Assembly (NCBI GenBank): GCA_963792535.1
Contig: CAWBWQ010000001.1
Coordinates: 384,001-448,000, forward strand
Source of the DNA: an uncultured Phycisphaerales bacterium
GTDB taxonomy: Bacteria; Planctomycetota; Phycisphaerae; Tepidisphaerales; Tepidisphaeraceae
Reading direction: 5' to 3'
DNA: 64,000 nucleotides
Each line of letters opens with the position of its first letter. The first letter of the stretch is position 1. The notes below the pieces were generated by a model. The model was not told where the DNA came from, made no database searches, and saw only the letters and a program-made list of their open reading frames with translations. The translations under genes and the position numbers were made by a program. Below are positions 32,876 through 43,632 of this stretch, piece after piece.

Positions 32876-35319
32876 CTAGCCTGTTACTGCTGCTGGGCAG
32901 CGGAATGGCTGATTGCTCTTGAGCATGCCCCACAGAATGATCAGCACCTTCTTAGCCAGTGCAACAATCGCCAGCTTCCGTCTGGCTTTGGAGCCGTGAC
33001 TGATCTTGTTCACAAACACCTGGGCCCACAGGTTGTGCCGATAGATGGTCCACGATGCCTCAACCAACATCGAACGCAGCAGGCCTGGGCCGCGGTGGGT
33101 GATGTGGCCTAATCGGTTCATCTCTCCGCTCTGCATTTGTTTGGGAACCAGGCCGGCGTAGCTGGCCAGCTGCTCACCGTTCTTGAAGCGTTTGGGATTA
33201 TCGATGTAGAGCACGACTGCTTCAGCGGTGCGCGGGCCTACGCCTTTGAGCGTCTGCAACAGCTTCATGCGTGGGTCCGCCATTTCATCCAGCTTGTTGT
33301 CCAGGGCTTTGAGCTGGGTGTTGATAGAAGCCATCAGCAGTAGTTCGCTGTTCAATCGGCCTTGCCACAGATCATCGATGGAGCAATCCTCGATTGGCTG
33401 AGCGTGAGATTGAAGTTGAGCGATGCCGGCGACCGTCCACTGCTTTTGCCCTCTGGCTAATGCGATCCCCTGTTGGCTGAAGATGGATCGAATCGCGTTG
33501 CGGCACTGCGTTCGCCGCGACACGATCGAGCGGCGGTGAATCATCAATCGCCGACGCTGCCGCTGCTGTGGATCGGGCAGATGCACCGTGGGCAACTGAT
33601 CCAACAATGCCAGTCGTGCCAGTTTGAGCGCATCATCCTGGTCGGTTTTGCGTTTGACTCGCTGCCAGCGCCAGCGTTCATCGTTGGCGTTGACGATCAC
33701 GATCGCCACGCCCAGGTTAACGATCGAGTCATGCACCCAGCCGCAAGTATCGCAGGTCTCAAAAACAACTTGAGTCCGGGTCGGATCGATCGACACGTGC
33801 TGCTTAACAGTCGCGCCGATCGCGTGTCGCGTAGAGTCGATGGTGGTAAACCGATGCGTTCGCGTTGCCACATCCATGACGCACAAAACCGACTTGAACT
33901 TGCCCAGATCAATAGCTGTCCTGGTCCCCTAAACTGGTGCCAGTAGGGTGTATAAACTTCCGATCCGGAAAGGATCAGGAAGTCGATGAAAAAGCGATTT
34001 ACGGACGAGCAGATTGTTGGGTTTCTCCGGCAGGTTGAAGCGGAGGAAAAAACGATCGCGGAGGTTTGCCGGGAGGGCGGGTTTTCGCAGCCGACATATT
34101 ACCAGTGGAAGAAGAAGCTGGGGTCGATGGCTGAGCCGGAGGTGAAGCGGCTGCGGGAGTTGGAGAAAGAAAATGGCCGATTGAAGCGATTGCTTGCTGA
34201 GCGTGATCTGGAGTTGGATGTGGTGAAGGAGTACCTGCAAAAAAAGTAGTTGATACGGCTGAGCGACGATCGGCGGCGGTGTTTCTGGTGTCGCGGAAGG
34301 TATCAGTTCGGCGAGCTTGCTGGTGGCTTGGCGTGGGCCGGAACTGGCTGAAATATCTGAGTCGGAGGAAGGAGGATGGTCTGGCTGATCGGTTGATGGA
34401 GTTGGCGAAAGAGCATCCGCGGTATGGAGCCAGGCGGTTGTGGGCGTTGCTGCGACGCGAGGGATTGAAGGTGAATTTCAAGCGGATCAGACGACTGTGC
34501 CGCAAGCACGGGCTGATGCTCAAGCAGAAGCGGCGACGTAAGCGACGTGGGATCGGCATTGGAGTGATTTGCAGCGCAAGTCGGCCGAACCAGGTCTGGG
34601 CTTATGATTTTGTGGAGGATCGGACCGAATCGGGACAGAAGCTGAGAGTCCTGACGGTGATCGATGAGTTCACGCGGGAGTGCGTGGCGGTGGAGACGGA
34701 ATACCGGATGAACGCGAAGTACGTGGCCCAGACGTTGTTGAGATTGTTCAAAAGCCGCGGTGTGCCGGAGCATGTGCGAAGCGACAATGGTCCTGAGTTT
34801 ATTGCCAAGCATCTGATGCGAACGCTTGCCGGCGTGGGTGTGAATGTTAGGCACATCGAGCCGGGCAGCCCGTGGCAAAATGGATTGGACGAACGATTCA
34901 ATGGGAGCCTAAGAGATGAATGCCTGAACATGGAGACGTTCACGAATGTCGACCAGGCCCGAGCGATCATTAAGCTGTATGGCCGGCACTACAACACGGA
35001 CAGGCCCCACAGCAGCCTGGGTTACAAAACGCCCGAGGAGTTTGGTAATGATTGGACGAACTCGAGCGGAAGAAAATGCGAGGTCCGCGAGTACGCGGAC
35101 GGGTGTGAGGCTCCCCTCCGGAAGACACCGTTACAGGAAATGGCCGTTGTCTTCTGAGGGTTGGGTCCCCCGCGGATCGAGCGTCATGAACCGAAACACA
35201 CACGAGCCGCCGAGCGTTTCGGCGGCTCCAAACAACGCCATCAAGGATCGAGAATTATACACATTCGCGTGGCACCAAGATCGGGGTCTGGACATAGCCA
35301 CAATAGTCTGATAGCTCAT
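32876..35319 (-). pseudogene. IS110 DEDD recombinase, join(35319..35295, 33912..32876), disrupted by IS3
   Basis: reconstructed MSYQTIVAIDLGKFKSVLC; FET, KTDQDDA, GVGP, YAGLVP..QSG; AAGGAG RBS. Confidence 0.9.
33917..35294 (+). mobile_element. IS3-family element, copy 1 (1378 bp; orfA 33986-34249, orfB to 35157)
   Basis: TG...CA ends with IRs, 4-bp TSD TAGC, A7G frameshift motif, WAYDF/SDNGPEF/ERFN DDE motifs. Confidence 0.95.
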
Positions 35320-35385
35320 GCAATCTCCTTTGGTAGAGGACCGCTGCTGATCTTCCCCGATCAGCGGCGGGATTGCATGGGTTCT

Positions 35386-35482
35386 TTGCTGTGGACGGGC
35401 CCGCGTCGCGTCGAAAGTTTGTCTTCGGTATAATGTTCTTCGGCGCGTCGCGTTGGCCGCCACAGATTGTCATCCGTTATAC
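35386..35482 (+). repeat. attC site 3, right part (left part 32557-32569)
   Basis: near-identical to attC2; ends GTTATAC. Confidence 0.85.
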
Positions 35483-35486
35483 CGCC

Positions 35487-35777
35487 ATGAGCGAACTTAT
35501 CATCCCACCCACTGCCGCCTCAGACCCGACCGCCGTCGAAATGCCCCGCGTTTGGCATGCCAGCGGCGAGCACCACGTATCACTCAATGCCCCCGGCTGG
35601 AAAGACCCCGCCGCGTGGGGACTGCTTTTGGTCGACGTCGCGAAACACGTCGCCGACGCATACGCACAAGCGGAGGGCCGCGACCGTCAGGAAGTGCTCA
35701 ATCGCATCAAAGCCGGCTTTGATGCAGAATGGAAATCGGCCACGGACAAGCCCAAAGGCGGTTTCTTCCGTCGCTAG
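35487..35777 (+). CDS. cassette 4: DUF5076-like protein
   Basis: PP.A..D..A.E..RVW...WKDPAAWGLLLVD.A.HVA.AY..RI..GFDAE pattern recognised from memory. Confidence 0.7.
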   Translation: MSELIIPPTAASDPTAVEMPRVWHASGEHHVSLNAPGWKDPAAWGLLLVDVAKHVADAYAQAEGRDRQEVLNRIKAGFDAEWKSATDKPKGGFFRR

Positions 35778-35794
35778 CCGCGGTCTGGAAGGCG

Positions 35795-35903
35795 CTATAA
35801 CCAGCCGTTGCCGTGGACGGGCCCGCGTCGCGAATATATTCTCTTTTAGTCGGGCGGTTGTCAGCGCGTCGCGTTGCCCGCCACAAAACGTCATCCGTTA
35901 AAC
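35795..35903 (+). repeat. attC site 4
   Basis: CTATAAC...GTTAAAC; central part similar to attC1. Confidence 0.88.
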
Positions 35904-35922
35904 AGCATCCGGCGGACCGGTC

Positions 35923-36183
35923 ATGCGACAAGTTCCACGGGCAGAGGTTGACAAGAAGTTCGAACGCTGGTCGGCGTACCTTTGCGCCTTCGTCTTAAGC
36001 GGCATGTTGATCGGTGCATGCGTGCGCGTGCTTCTTGCAGCACCACCAACCACAGCATGGCCGGTATTCGTGGGCGGTGTGTTGCTTGATGCATTTGCAA
36101 TTTGGAACGCTCTTCGTCTTTGGCGCACTGTTCACCGCGCCGATGTTGTTCGAAGCCGCAGCGGCTCGGAGGATGCTGTATAA
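35923..36183 (+). CDS. cassette 5: small two-TM membrane protein
   Basis: stop TAA within GTATAAC of truncated attC5 (36178-36190). Confidence 0.65.
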   Translation: MRQVPRAEVDKKFERWSAYLCAFVLSGMLIGACVRVLLAAPPTTAWPVFVGGVLLDAFAIWNALRLWRTVHRADVVRSRSGSEDAV

Positions 36184-36190
36184 CCAGCCG

Positions 36191-36519
36191 ACTATGAATC
36201 CCGTTTGCCGTCAAGCGTAAATTGGTGCGCAATCTTTATCATGTCTCTTTTTCTCTAACGCCACTCAGGCGGAAGAGGCTTACGAGGCGGGGGGCTGGGG
36301 GCAGAGCCACCAGTTGCGAAGCAAATCTGCTGCTGGTCGAGAGCCGTGCGCTTCAACCGACCCTTCGGCTACGCTCGGGGCAGGCTATTCGATGGTCATC
36401 CTGAAGCTTTCGGTTCTGCTTCAAGAGCCTCATTCACCCAAACAACCACCGGGCCTTATTCGATGCTCCGTGACTCTGTTCGGTCACAGCTGGTTAGCCA
36501 ACGTCACCGGCGTGTCGCA
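36191..36519 (-). mobile_element. second, divergent IS1111-type non-coding end in attC5; transposase missing
   Basis: ACTATGAATCCCGTTTGCCGTCAAG identical to 32570-32594; homologous to copy 1 up to CGTGTCGCA. Confidence 0.82.
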
Positions 36520-36524
36520 AAAGG

Positions 36525-36574
36525 AAAACCGGGACAGGCAGCTATTCAGCTAAGTAGGTGGCTGTCCCGCTTTT
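36525..36574. repeat. imperfect palindrome (REP-like), right boundary of integron fragment
   Basis: AAAACCGGGACAGGCAGCTA...TAGGTGGCTGTCCCGCTTTT. Confidence 0.7.
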
Positions 36575-37445
36575 GTGTTCCCCCGTTTATGCTTTCCATC
36601 ACTATGTGCAAAGTTCAGGGCGCTAGTCAATCCAGAATGCGCAAGGATTATTCAGAACCGCAGTCCACCATAAGAACAAGCTCACGGTCAGCCAGATTGC
36701 TGCGATTGTGAGGCCCGCTACCGCATAGCGAAGATCGTTCGTTACGTCCTCGAGATAAGGATTTGTGAAGCGCGTCGACCGAAATAAAGTGAGCCGAGCG
36801 TTGGCATATCCATCACCACATAGAGCAGAGAATCCCGGGTCTTTTGAACCGGAAGGCCCTGCAAGCACGCGTAAGCTACCACGGCGAAAAGTGCCACCCA
36901 AAATAGTGAAAACACTGAAAGCCAAAAAGAGCATTTTCCTTATTGGATCATATCTTAACCAAACCCTCGAACCGCGAGGCAGCACTTGAATTTGAGTTCA
37001 GTAAAACCGGTGATCTGGCTGATGCGGACATTCGGTTCAAGCGGTTGTAACCGAGGCGCGGCTAAAACTGTCATGGTGGCTTCTGTTTTGAGGAGCTATT
37101 GTGCCCTGCCACGGACGCTATCAGGCTCGTCTTCAGCGGCTGGGATTGAGGAATTACCCTATGCAAGTAATGTATCGCATACGAGTTACGGGCGAAAATG
37201 GGTGTAACATCAGTTTGTTTCGCGTCAATCGGGGCCTTAATTTCGTGTAACGAGTGATGAAAACCGCGCAATCTTTTAGAGATCAGCCATTTAGGATCAT
37301 CACGTGTGGTGAATTAAGCGGCGCACATGCGCAGGGAGCGAAGCGTGGGGGAGGGAAACACGAGTCGGTGAGAACTCCATCGACACGGAACCGAATCCGG
37401 TGATAATCCTTCCGACCGCGCAGAATAAAATCGAGGATTTGGATC

Positions 37446-40400
37446 ATGGACGTGAAAATAAGGTTGGGGTTGACGCCGGATGGAGACCCGATTTCCGCCC
37501 ATGATCGCGAGCAGCGGTTGCGGCAAGTGAACCTGCAACTGGTCGCGAGCGGACTTCCGGTTGCCACCAATGGGGATGGTGATTTTTCGGTCGTTGCAGG
37601 TTCGGTGATGGAAAGCTTCCGGCCCGGGCCCGGATGTTCAGTGAGATGCGCTGCCCGATCGACGCGCGCATCGAAGCGTTTCTGCAGGATCATTTTCATG
37701 ACCTGCATCTGCCCTTTAAGCTCGAGCTTCCGGATCGAAGTGTCATTCTGGGGCAGCATGGCATTGCCCGCGAGTTGTCCCTGCCGGTCGACAAGAATAA
37801 ATACACGAATTCGCTGCTGACTTCCTATCGGGTGCGCAACGGTGTTTTGCACAATCCCAAGAGCGATCGCCGCACCACGCAGGGCACGTTTCATGTGACC
37901 GACGGAGGGGATCTGCCGGTGCCTTTCGATAAGTTCGCGGTGCCGCGCAAGACATTTGCGCTATTGTTCCGCCAGGCAGTAAATCCGCCGGCGGACCTTC
38001 TGACGATTCCATTTACCGCCGGTTCACCTGAGCCGGCCCGGTCGTTTGTTTCGCTGATGCTGCGACCAAAAGTTTGCCCCGCGGTTCCGGGTGTTTGCCC
38101 CGAAAAATCGATGGAGGTGCGTTTCTTTGCTCCCGGTTCGCTGGTAAGCAATCTGGACTTTGTGGAATCTATTTTCGGCAACGGCGGTGATCCTTTCCTG
38201 CCCCAGAACGACGCGGGATTAGATGTGGAGCACTGGACCGGTCACACCGGCTGCGTCATTCTCGCGCCGCATCTGATCGAAATGACGAAAAAGGAACTCG
38301 GTCTCCCCAGGTGGGACGACGCCAGCGAACGACAGCGCGCCGATGGCATGTGCTGGAAAGATGACAGCGAGAAGTACAACGGTGGATCTCCCTTTAAACT
38401 GACCTGCCGAACGCAGCAGGGGGTCATCATTACACTGCTGGCCGACAATTATTACGGCTACTGCAAAAAGGAAGTGAAAACGCAGATTAGCTTTGCGGCT
38501 AATTTATACGGCAATGTCGAGGAAGAACACGCCGGCGGAGCGATTGCATTCACAAGCTACAACTTCGGGGACGAGTACCAGACTGACAGCCGCAAAGTAA
38601 ACGACCGGACGTTTGCCGATGTGGTTCGCGATTACGGTTCGATGATGGATGTGAAACCCGAGGGGTATGCGATCGACCGCAAGTTCCCGAATCTGATCTA
38701 TATCGCCGGCGATTCCAAAGCCAGCACGATTCGCCAGCGAATCTGGTGGATGCAGGATGGTGTCGAGCAATCGATCCCGATGCTGCCCGGCAAGATCTAC
38801 ATGACCCCGTCGGGTTTCAAGCTGCGGTTTGAAAAGCACCCGGCGCGCCAGCTGGCGCATCATCGGCACGGTGGGCACTGGCGTTTTCTGCCACAAGCCC
38901 TGCACGGTCAGCGGCGGGGGCAAAAGCGAAATCAGCAAGAGCCTGCGCGATTATATGATTTATGGCCCGATCTTCGTGTCAGATCTGCAAAAGGATCTGG
39001 ACCTGGTGCAGGAGATCATGGACAAGGATTTTTCCAGGCGATGGAATGCCAATTGCGCCAACGCGCCGTGGTACAGCAAAAGGCACAGCCGGTCGATTCT
39101 GAGCCCCGAGCGCTCGCTGGGCAGCGTGATTAAACTGCTGACCCCATCCAGTGATTACACCGATGAATACAACCAATGGCTCGAAAGCCTGCCGAACTAT
39201 ATTTATCCAATTATCTTCATCATTAAACGTTTTTATAAACCCGAATGGCAAGGCAACTGGCGTCAGCATGCCGGTGTTGACATCGTCAACGGATTTGCCG
39301 GGCACGAACTGAAATACATGGGCCGGCGATTGGTCGGAACCTACCTGCGCGTTGGCCTTATGCCTCCGCAGGCGTGGCGAACCTATAAGCTGCGCCAGGA
39401 CTTTGCCGCGGCGACCAAAATTCAGACCGAAGACGACATCACCGCTTCGGTGGTGGTGCCAGCAAGTCAGCTTTCCTATAACGATCCGGCGTATACCTCC
39501 GGTCCGGCAGCGCGGGGCAGTTTCAAATTTGCGGTTAACACCGAATATCGCCTTTTCCAGCGTCCCGATGATGCGGTGCACCGCGGGCTGGATAAACAGA
39601 CCGAAGCCGACATGTCGCGCTCGGACAATTTCATTTCAAACTTCGAACCACTTACAAAAGTTGATGCTGCTGACATGGTTCAGCGTGTGGTTGATTTCGA
39701 CAAGTTCACGCCTCCCATGCAGACGCTGATTTCGCGTGCCGCCAGCGACGGTGACGGTTACGCCGTCTGCTCGGCCAATCCCCGGTTGGTCAACGGTCAG
39801 CCCAGCAAAAACCCCCGATACCTGCAGATTCGGCCCGATCTGCTCAACCAGATGAGCCTCCATGTCGCCGATCAGGGACTGCGATTCCTGCGTGCCCTTC
39901 CTGTGGACCAACCTGTCTACTGGCCGGTGCATGCGGTTCTGGTCGGCCGGCGGAATAACCCGGCCGAACCCGCTGCCAACATCCGCGCACTGGCGGTTTA
40001 CAATCCGATTCATTACCAGGAACTGCCCGAGCTGTTCATGGATTTCATCAGTTCACTCACCGGCAAAAGCCCGTCGACCACCGGTGCCGGCAGCGAAGGG
40101 CGCTGACAAAAAGCCCTTTCAATGCGCTGCGTCCCACCGCTGATCTGAACAACGCGTTAGTCAGCTATATTTTGACCGGACTGGGTGGTTTCTCAACCGC
40201 CGCCGGTTACATCGGGCCGAACGTTCGAATCGACCATGACATCAGCCTACTCGTGCCCGAAATCTGGTGTCGACTTACCCCGCAGGAACGCGATCCCGGG
40301 TTCCTGATTGCCGGTGGTTATCTGGAAAAAATGGACGATTTCGAGCACGGCGGCAGGCTTATACCTGCAAGTCGGCTCGGCTATCGCATCACCACTAATT

Positions 40401-40927
40401 TTGTGCGCACATTCTTCGGTCGCGTGTTTGATAATCCCAGCAAAGTGTTCGATGAGGCAATCCTCAAGCCCGAAACTCAGGACTACGAACAATATGTGGA
40501 TGGCATTTTAAACATCACCGAAGCCCATCAGCGCGTCGCAGCCGAGTATCTCAAGGATGGATCGATCGCCGATGCCTGCCCCCCGCTGGAAGCATTGCTG
40601 ACCATCATGGCCAATGGCGATTTTCGCGGGATGGATGCCCGCCATCCCGAGATCCGCAAAATGTTCACCAGGGAAGCGTTGCTCAGCAGCGATTGGTATC
40701 GCAAACGACTGAAGAAAAAACAGATCGGCGATGTGGCGCTGTGGAAACGGCACGTGAGCGCGCTGGAAAATTTCATGTCCAACCCCCGCAACCACGACGA
40801 ATGCGAAAAACTCCGCTTGACCGAGCGGCGGGACCTTGCAGCCAGGGAACTGCAGCGCGCGGCACAACCGCAATACCTGGAAGATCTGGTCGGAACGCTG
40901 GGAACAGACCTGCTTGGAGCGCACTGA
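37446..40927 (+). CDS. pyrophosphate-dependent PEP carboxykinase (PPi-PEPCK), split by three frameshifts
   Basis: [65 protein letters not shown]; about 1150 aa when joined. Confidence 0.85.
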
Positions 40928-41047
40928 CCGGGCGTGTTCTGTAGTTTGAGATAATAGCGCCGGCGTATACCTCGTGAGGCGCGACGGGTAAGTCGCGCAC
41001 GGGAAAAACTGAAGCGGTCAGTCTCCGGCAGGAGCCCCGGCGACTAT

Positions 41048-41923
41048 TTATCCGCGCCAGTTCTTATATTCCCCTTTGATCGCCGCTTTAAAAAATGCCA
41101 GATCGGCTTCAGTGTTCACCTCCACTTTTGGAGGATGCACCAGCGGAAAATCCATGGGCTCGGTGGGCAGGTTCGCAAACGGATCTATCTTCCGCGTGTG
41201 GGTCGCATCAGGCCCAAATCCAATGTTAGAAATCAAATTCACCGAAGGAAGAACTGTCACCCCGCGGCGGCGCCAGGCGGCGTACATCCAGGCCAATCCC
41301 CAGGCGTTCAAGTTGCCCGTGTAAGTGTCGTCCATCATCCTGGTATAAAATCGCGCCGCATTGGCCGATGGCACAAAATCACCGGGAAATCCCGCTTCCA
41401 GATCAGCATGCCAGTGAGGCATGGCCGCATCATAATGCTGCCAGGCCCGCTGCCAAGTGGCCCATCCCCAGATATGGGTCATGACCGAAAAATAATAGCT
41501 GTCGGGGGTCCATCGCTGCTGAGGCAGCATCTGCGTGCCGCTGATCATCATGACGCGCTGGTCATCTTTATAATAATCCAGCAGGTTGCAGCAGTAGGGG
41601 AAAAAGGACGGATCGGGCAGGCAGTCATCCTCGAGTAAAATCGCCTGCTCAAACTGCGAAAAAACCCAGTCGATGCCGGTATACATCCGCCGGCGAACAC
41701 CCATGTTGGTCTCAGCGTAATTTCGCCGGACATCGCACGGCCAATCAATTTGAGAAACGATTGCCCGCGTTTCGTCGCACAGGCGCCGATCCGCGTCATG
41801 CCGGGGCCCATCGGCGGTAATCAGGAGAATGGCCGGCTTCAACCGGGCAATTTCGGCAAAGACGCGCGCCGTCGGCACCGGTCGATTAAAGATGAAAAAC
41901 GCGACGGGGATTTTTGGATTCAT
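41048..41923 (-). CDS. nucleotide-diphospho-sugar (GT-A) glycosyltransferase
   Basis: FIFNRP, ADGPR, ILLEDDC, WGWATW, NLISNIGFG. Confidence 0.85.
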   Translation of the reverse strand: MNPKIPVAFFIFNRPVPTARVFAEIARLKPAILLITADGPRHDADRRLCDETRAIVSQIDWPCDVRRNYAETNMGVRRRMYTGIDWVFSQFEQAILLEDDCLPDPSFFPYCCNLLDYYKDDQRVMMISGTQMLPQQRWTPDSYYFSVMTHIWGWATWQRAWQHYDAAMPHWHADLEAGFPGDFVPSANAARFYTRMMDDTYTGNLNAWGLAWMYAAWRRRGVTVLPSVNLISNIGFGPDATHTRKIDPFANLPTEPMDFPLVHPPKVEVNTEADLAFFKAAIKGEYKNWRG

Positions 41924-42032
41924 AATGGTTTTGTTTGCGCCATTATCGTCATTTACTCATGCGAACGATACTCATGGATAAATTGGCCCAAACACTGCCG
42001 CCGCCCCTTTTTTCATGATTTTGTATTTTTGC

Positions 42033-43463
42033 GGGTGTAACTTTTAAGTGTGGCGATTCAGGCGGCCATTTTTGAGTCCCAATAGGTATCCCATAGGCCG
42101 CTATACTGAATGCAGCGGATCGTGCCCATCCGTTCAGCACGGCGAATCCGCCAGCGGGCGCTGTTAATCTTCAAGCGTTTGCCCAGAATATTTTTCGCGC
42201 CGCCTTCGATCAGGCCGCTGCCGATGGGCAGGCCTTGTTTCAATCGATCGCCGTACCACAGGCTGTCGCGGTTTTCGCTCAGATAATGCAGCAGTTTGGT
42301 CCATGCGGCTGCGGTGGCGGGCTTTGGATCGGGAGGACCGATGCTTTGCAGATGCTCGATGAATTTCGGGCCGCCCATCTCGATCAGTTCCAGGATGCGC
42401 TGACCGACCCATTGCTCGGCACCTTTGGTACCCAACTCCGCGGCAGCGGCAAACAGGTAGAGCATCAGGTGATAGATGTCCACCACCCACTGAACCTCTT
42501 TGCCCGCAAAGCGTTTGGCCGCCTGGTCCCAGATCCACCGGGCGCCATCGGCCAGAATGCTCAGGTCCTGATCTTTGGGCAGCCCCAGTGTTTTGCAGAG
42601 CCGCTGCCAGCTCGCACCGATGATATTGCAGGGCGCGATCGCACAGATGCCCATTCTCACCGCAGGCCGATTCAGCACGCGATCGTTCCACTGCCGCGGT
42701 GTTGCCGAGGCGACCGGTTCCCGCTTGCTGATCACGCTCAGACGCATCTCCCGCCAGCCACCGACGGTGTTGATCTTCAAACCATCGGTGGAAAACTCCA
42801 CCTCCCCCCTGGCCGCGGCGAAGGCCATTTTGGGCTCGGGGCTGCTGTTGATCCACTCCTGCATCGCCGTCCCCTGTTCATCGCAGATCGCTCGAATCAC
42901 GTCGTTGCTGGTTTGAACGTGACACAGTTCCTTCAGATTCCTCTCCGCTTCATCAAACGAACGACCGCTGCCGGCCAGCACAATCATTCGCTGGGCATGA
43001 GGCGTCACCCGATGCTTTGCGTTGATACCCGCCCAGCCTTCCCACGGAATCTGCTTGGCCTTGCACTTTCGGCACGCGTAATACCGACGGTCGACGGCAA
43101 TGTGCCCGATGCTGCTGAGCACCTTCTTCACCTTGCGCCGCTTGAACGAGGCGTTTTTCCCGCAGGAACACGGCAAACTGCAGACCCCTTTTTTTGCGCC
43201 CCTTCGTGGGACGCCACCGCCGACTGCAGCATCATTCGAAGATGCTCAAACCCTTTATCGTGCAACGCCGTTTCCACGCAGAGCATCCCTTTGCCGTGCG
43301 GCGCGGTTTTGACAGCCTGAGTCAAGCTGCGCATCGTGAGCACCGCCGATTCGGCTGCCAGGAGTTCCTCGGGAGATAACGTGCTGAAATCCAAGCCCAT
43401 GCGACCATCCTTGGTTGGAGTTCATCGCATTATGCCAGAATCGCCACCCTGCGCGCTACACCC
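42033..43463 (-). mobile_element. ISKra4-family element (transposase 43400..42058 via -1 frameshift)
   Basis: imperfect IRs GGGTGTA...GTGGCGATTC, 8-bp TSD ATTTTTGC, CSCG/CRKC zinc motif, LADGARWIW, DIYH, IGSGLIEG. Confidence 0.88.
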
Positions 43464-43632
43464 ATTTTTGCGGGTTATGCATTGCGAGGCTTCCCAAAGG
43501 CGGGGGGCCTCGATACGATACGGGACTTTCGCAGGACAAACGCGTTCTGCGAGCTATCCGAAAATTGGTGTGCATTGTCGGTTGCATTCATGCGCCGCTG
43601 CCCCAAGCAGTTGAAACAAGATTGAGGTTGCC

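Larger units (their letters stand above)
32570..35385 (-). mobile_element. IS110-family (IS1111-type) element inserted in attC3, itself interrupted by IS3
   Basis: sub-terminal IRs CTATGAATCCCG / CGGGATTGCATGG; attC halves GTATGACCAGCCA (32557-32569) and TTGCTGTGG... (from 35386) flank it; no TSD seen. Confidence 0.88.
31303..36190 (+). mobile_element. integron gene-cassette array (5 cassettes)
   Basis: single short ORFs, each followed by an attC; core GTTATGC at 31303 complements GCATAAC at 31659. Confidence 0.88.

Noticed and set aside
31659..35903. Repeats as a CRISPR array
   Set aside because: Units are ~110 bp, imperfect and separated by whole ORFs; no cas genes; they fit attC
36623..37271. 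Minus-strand ORFs as a further cassette or gene
   Set aside because: No attC, no recognisable motif or clear start; possibly a decayed membrane-protein gene
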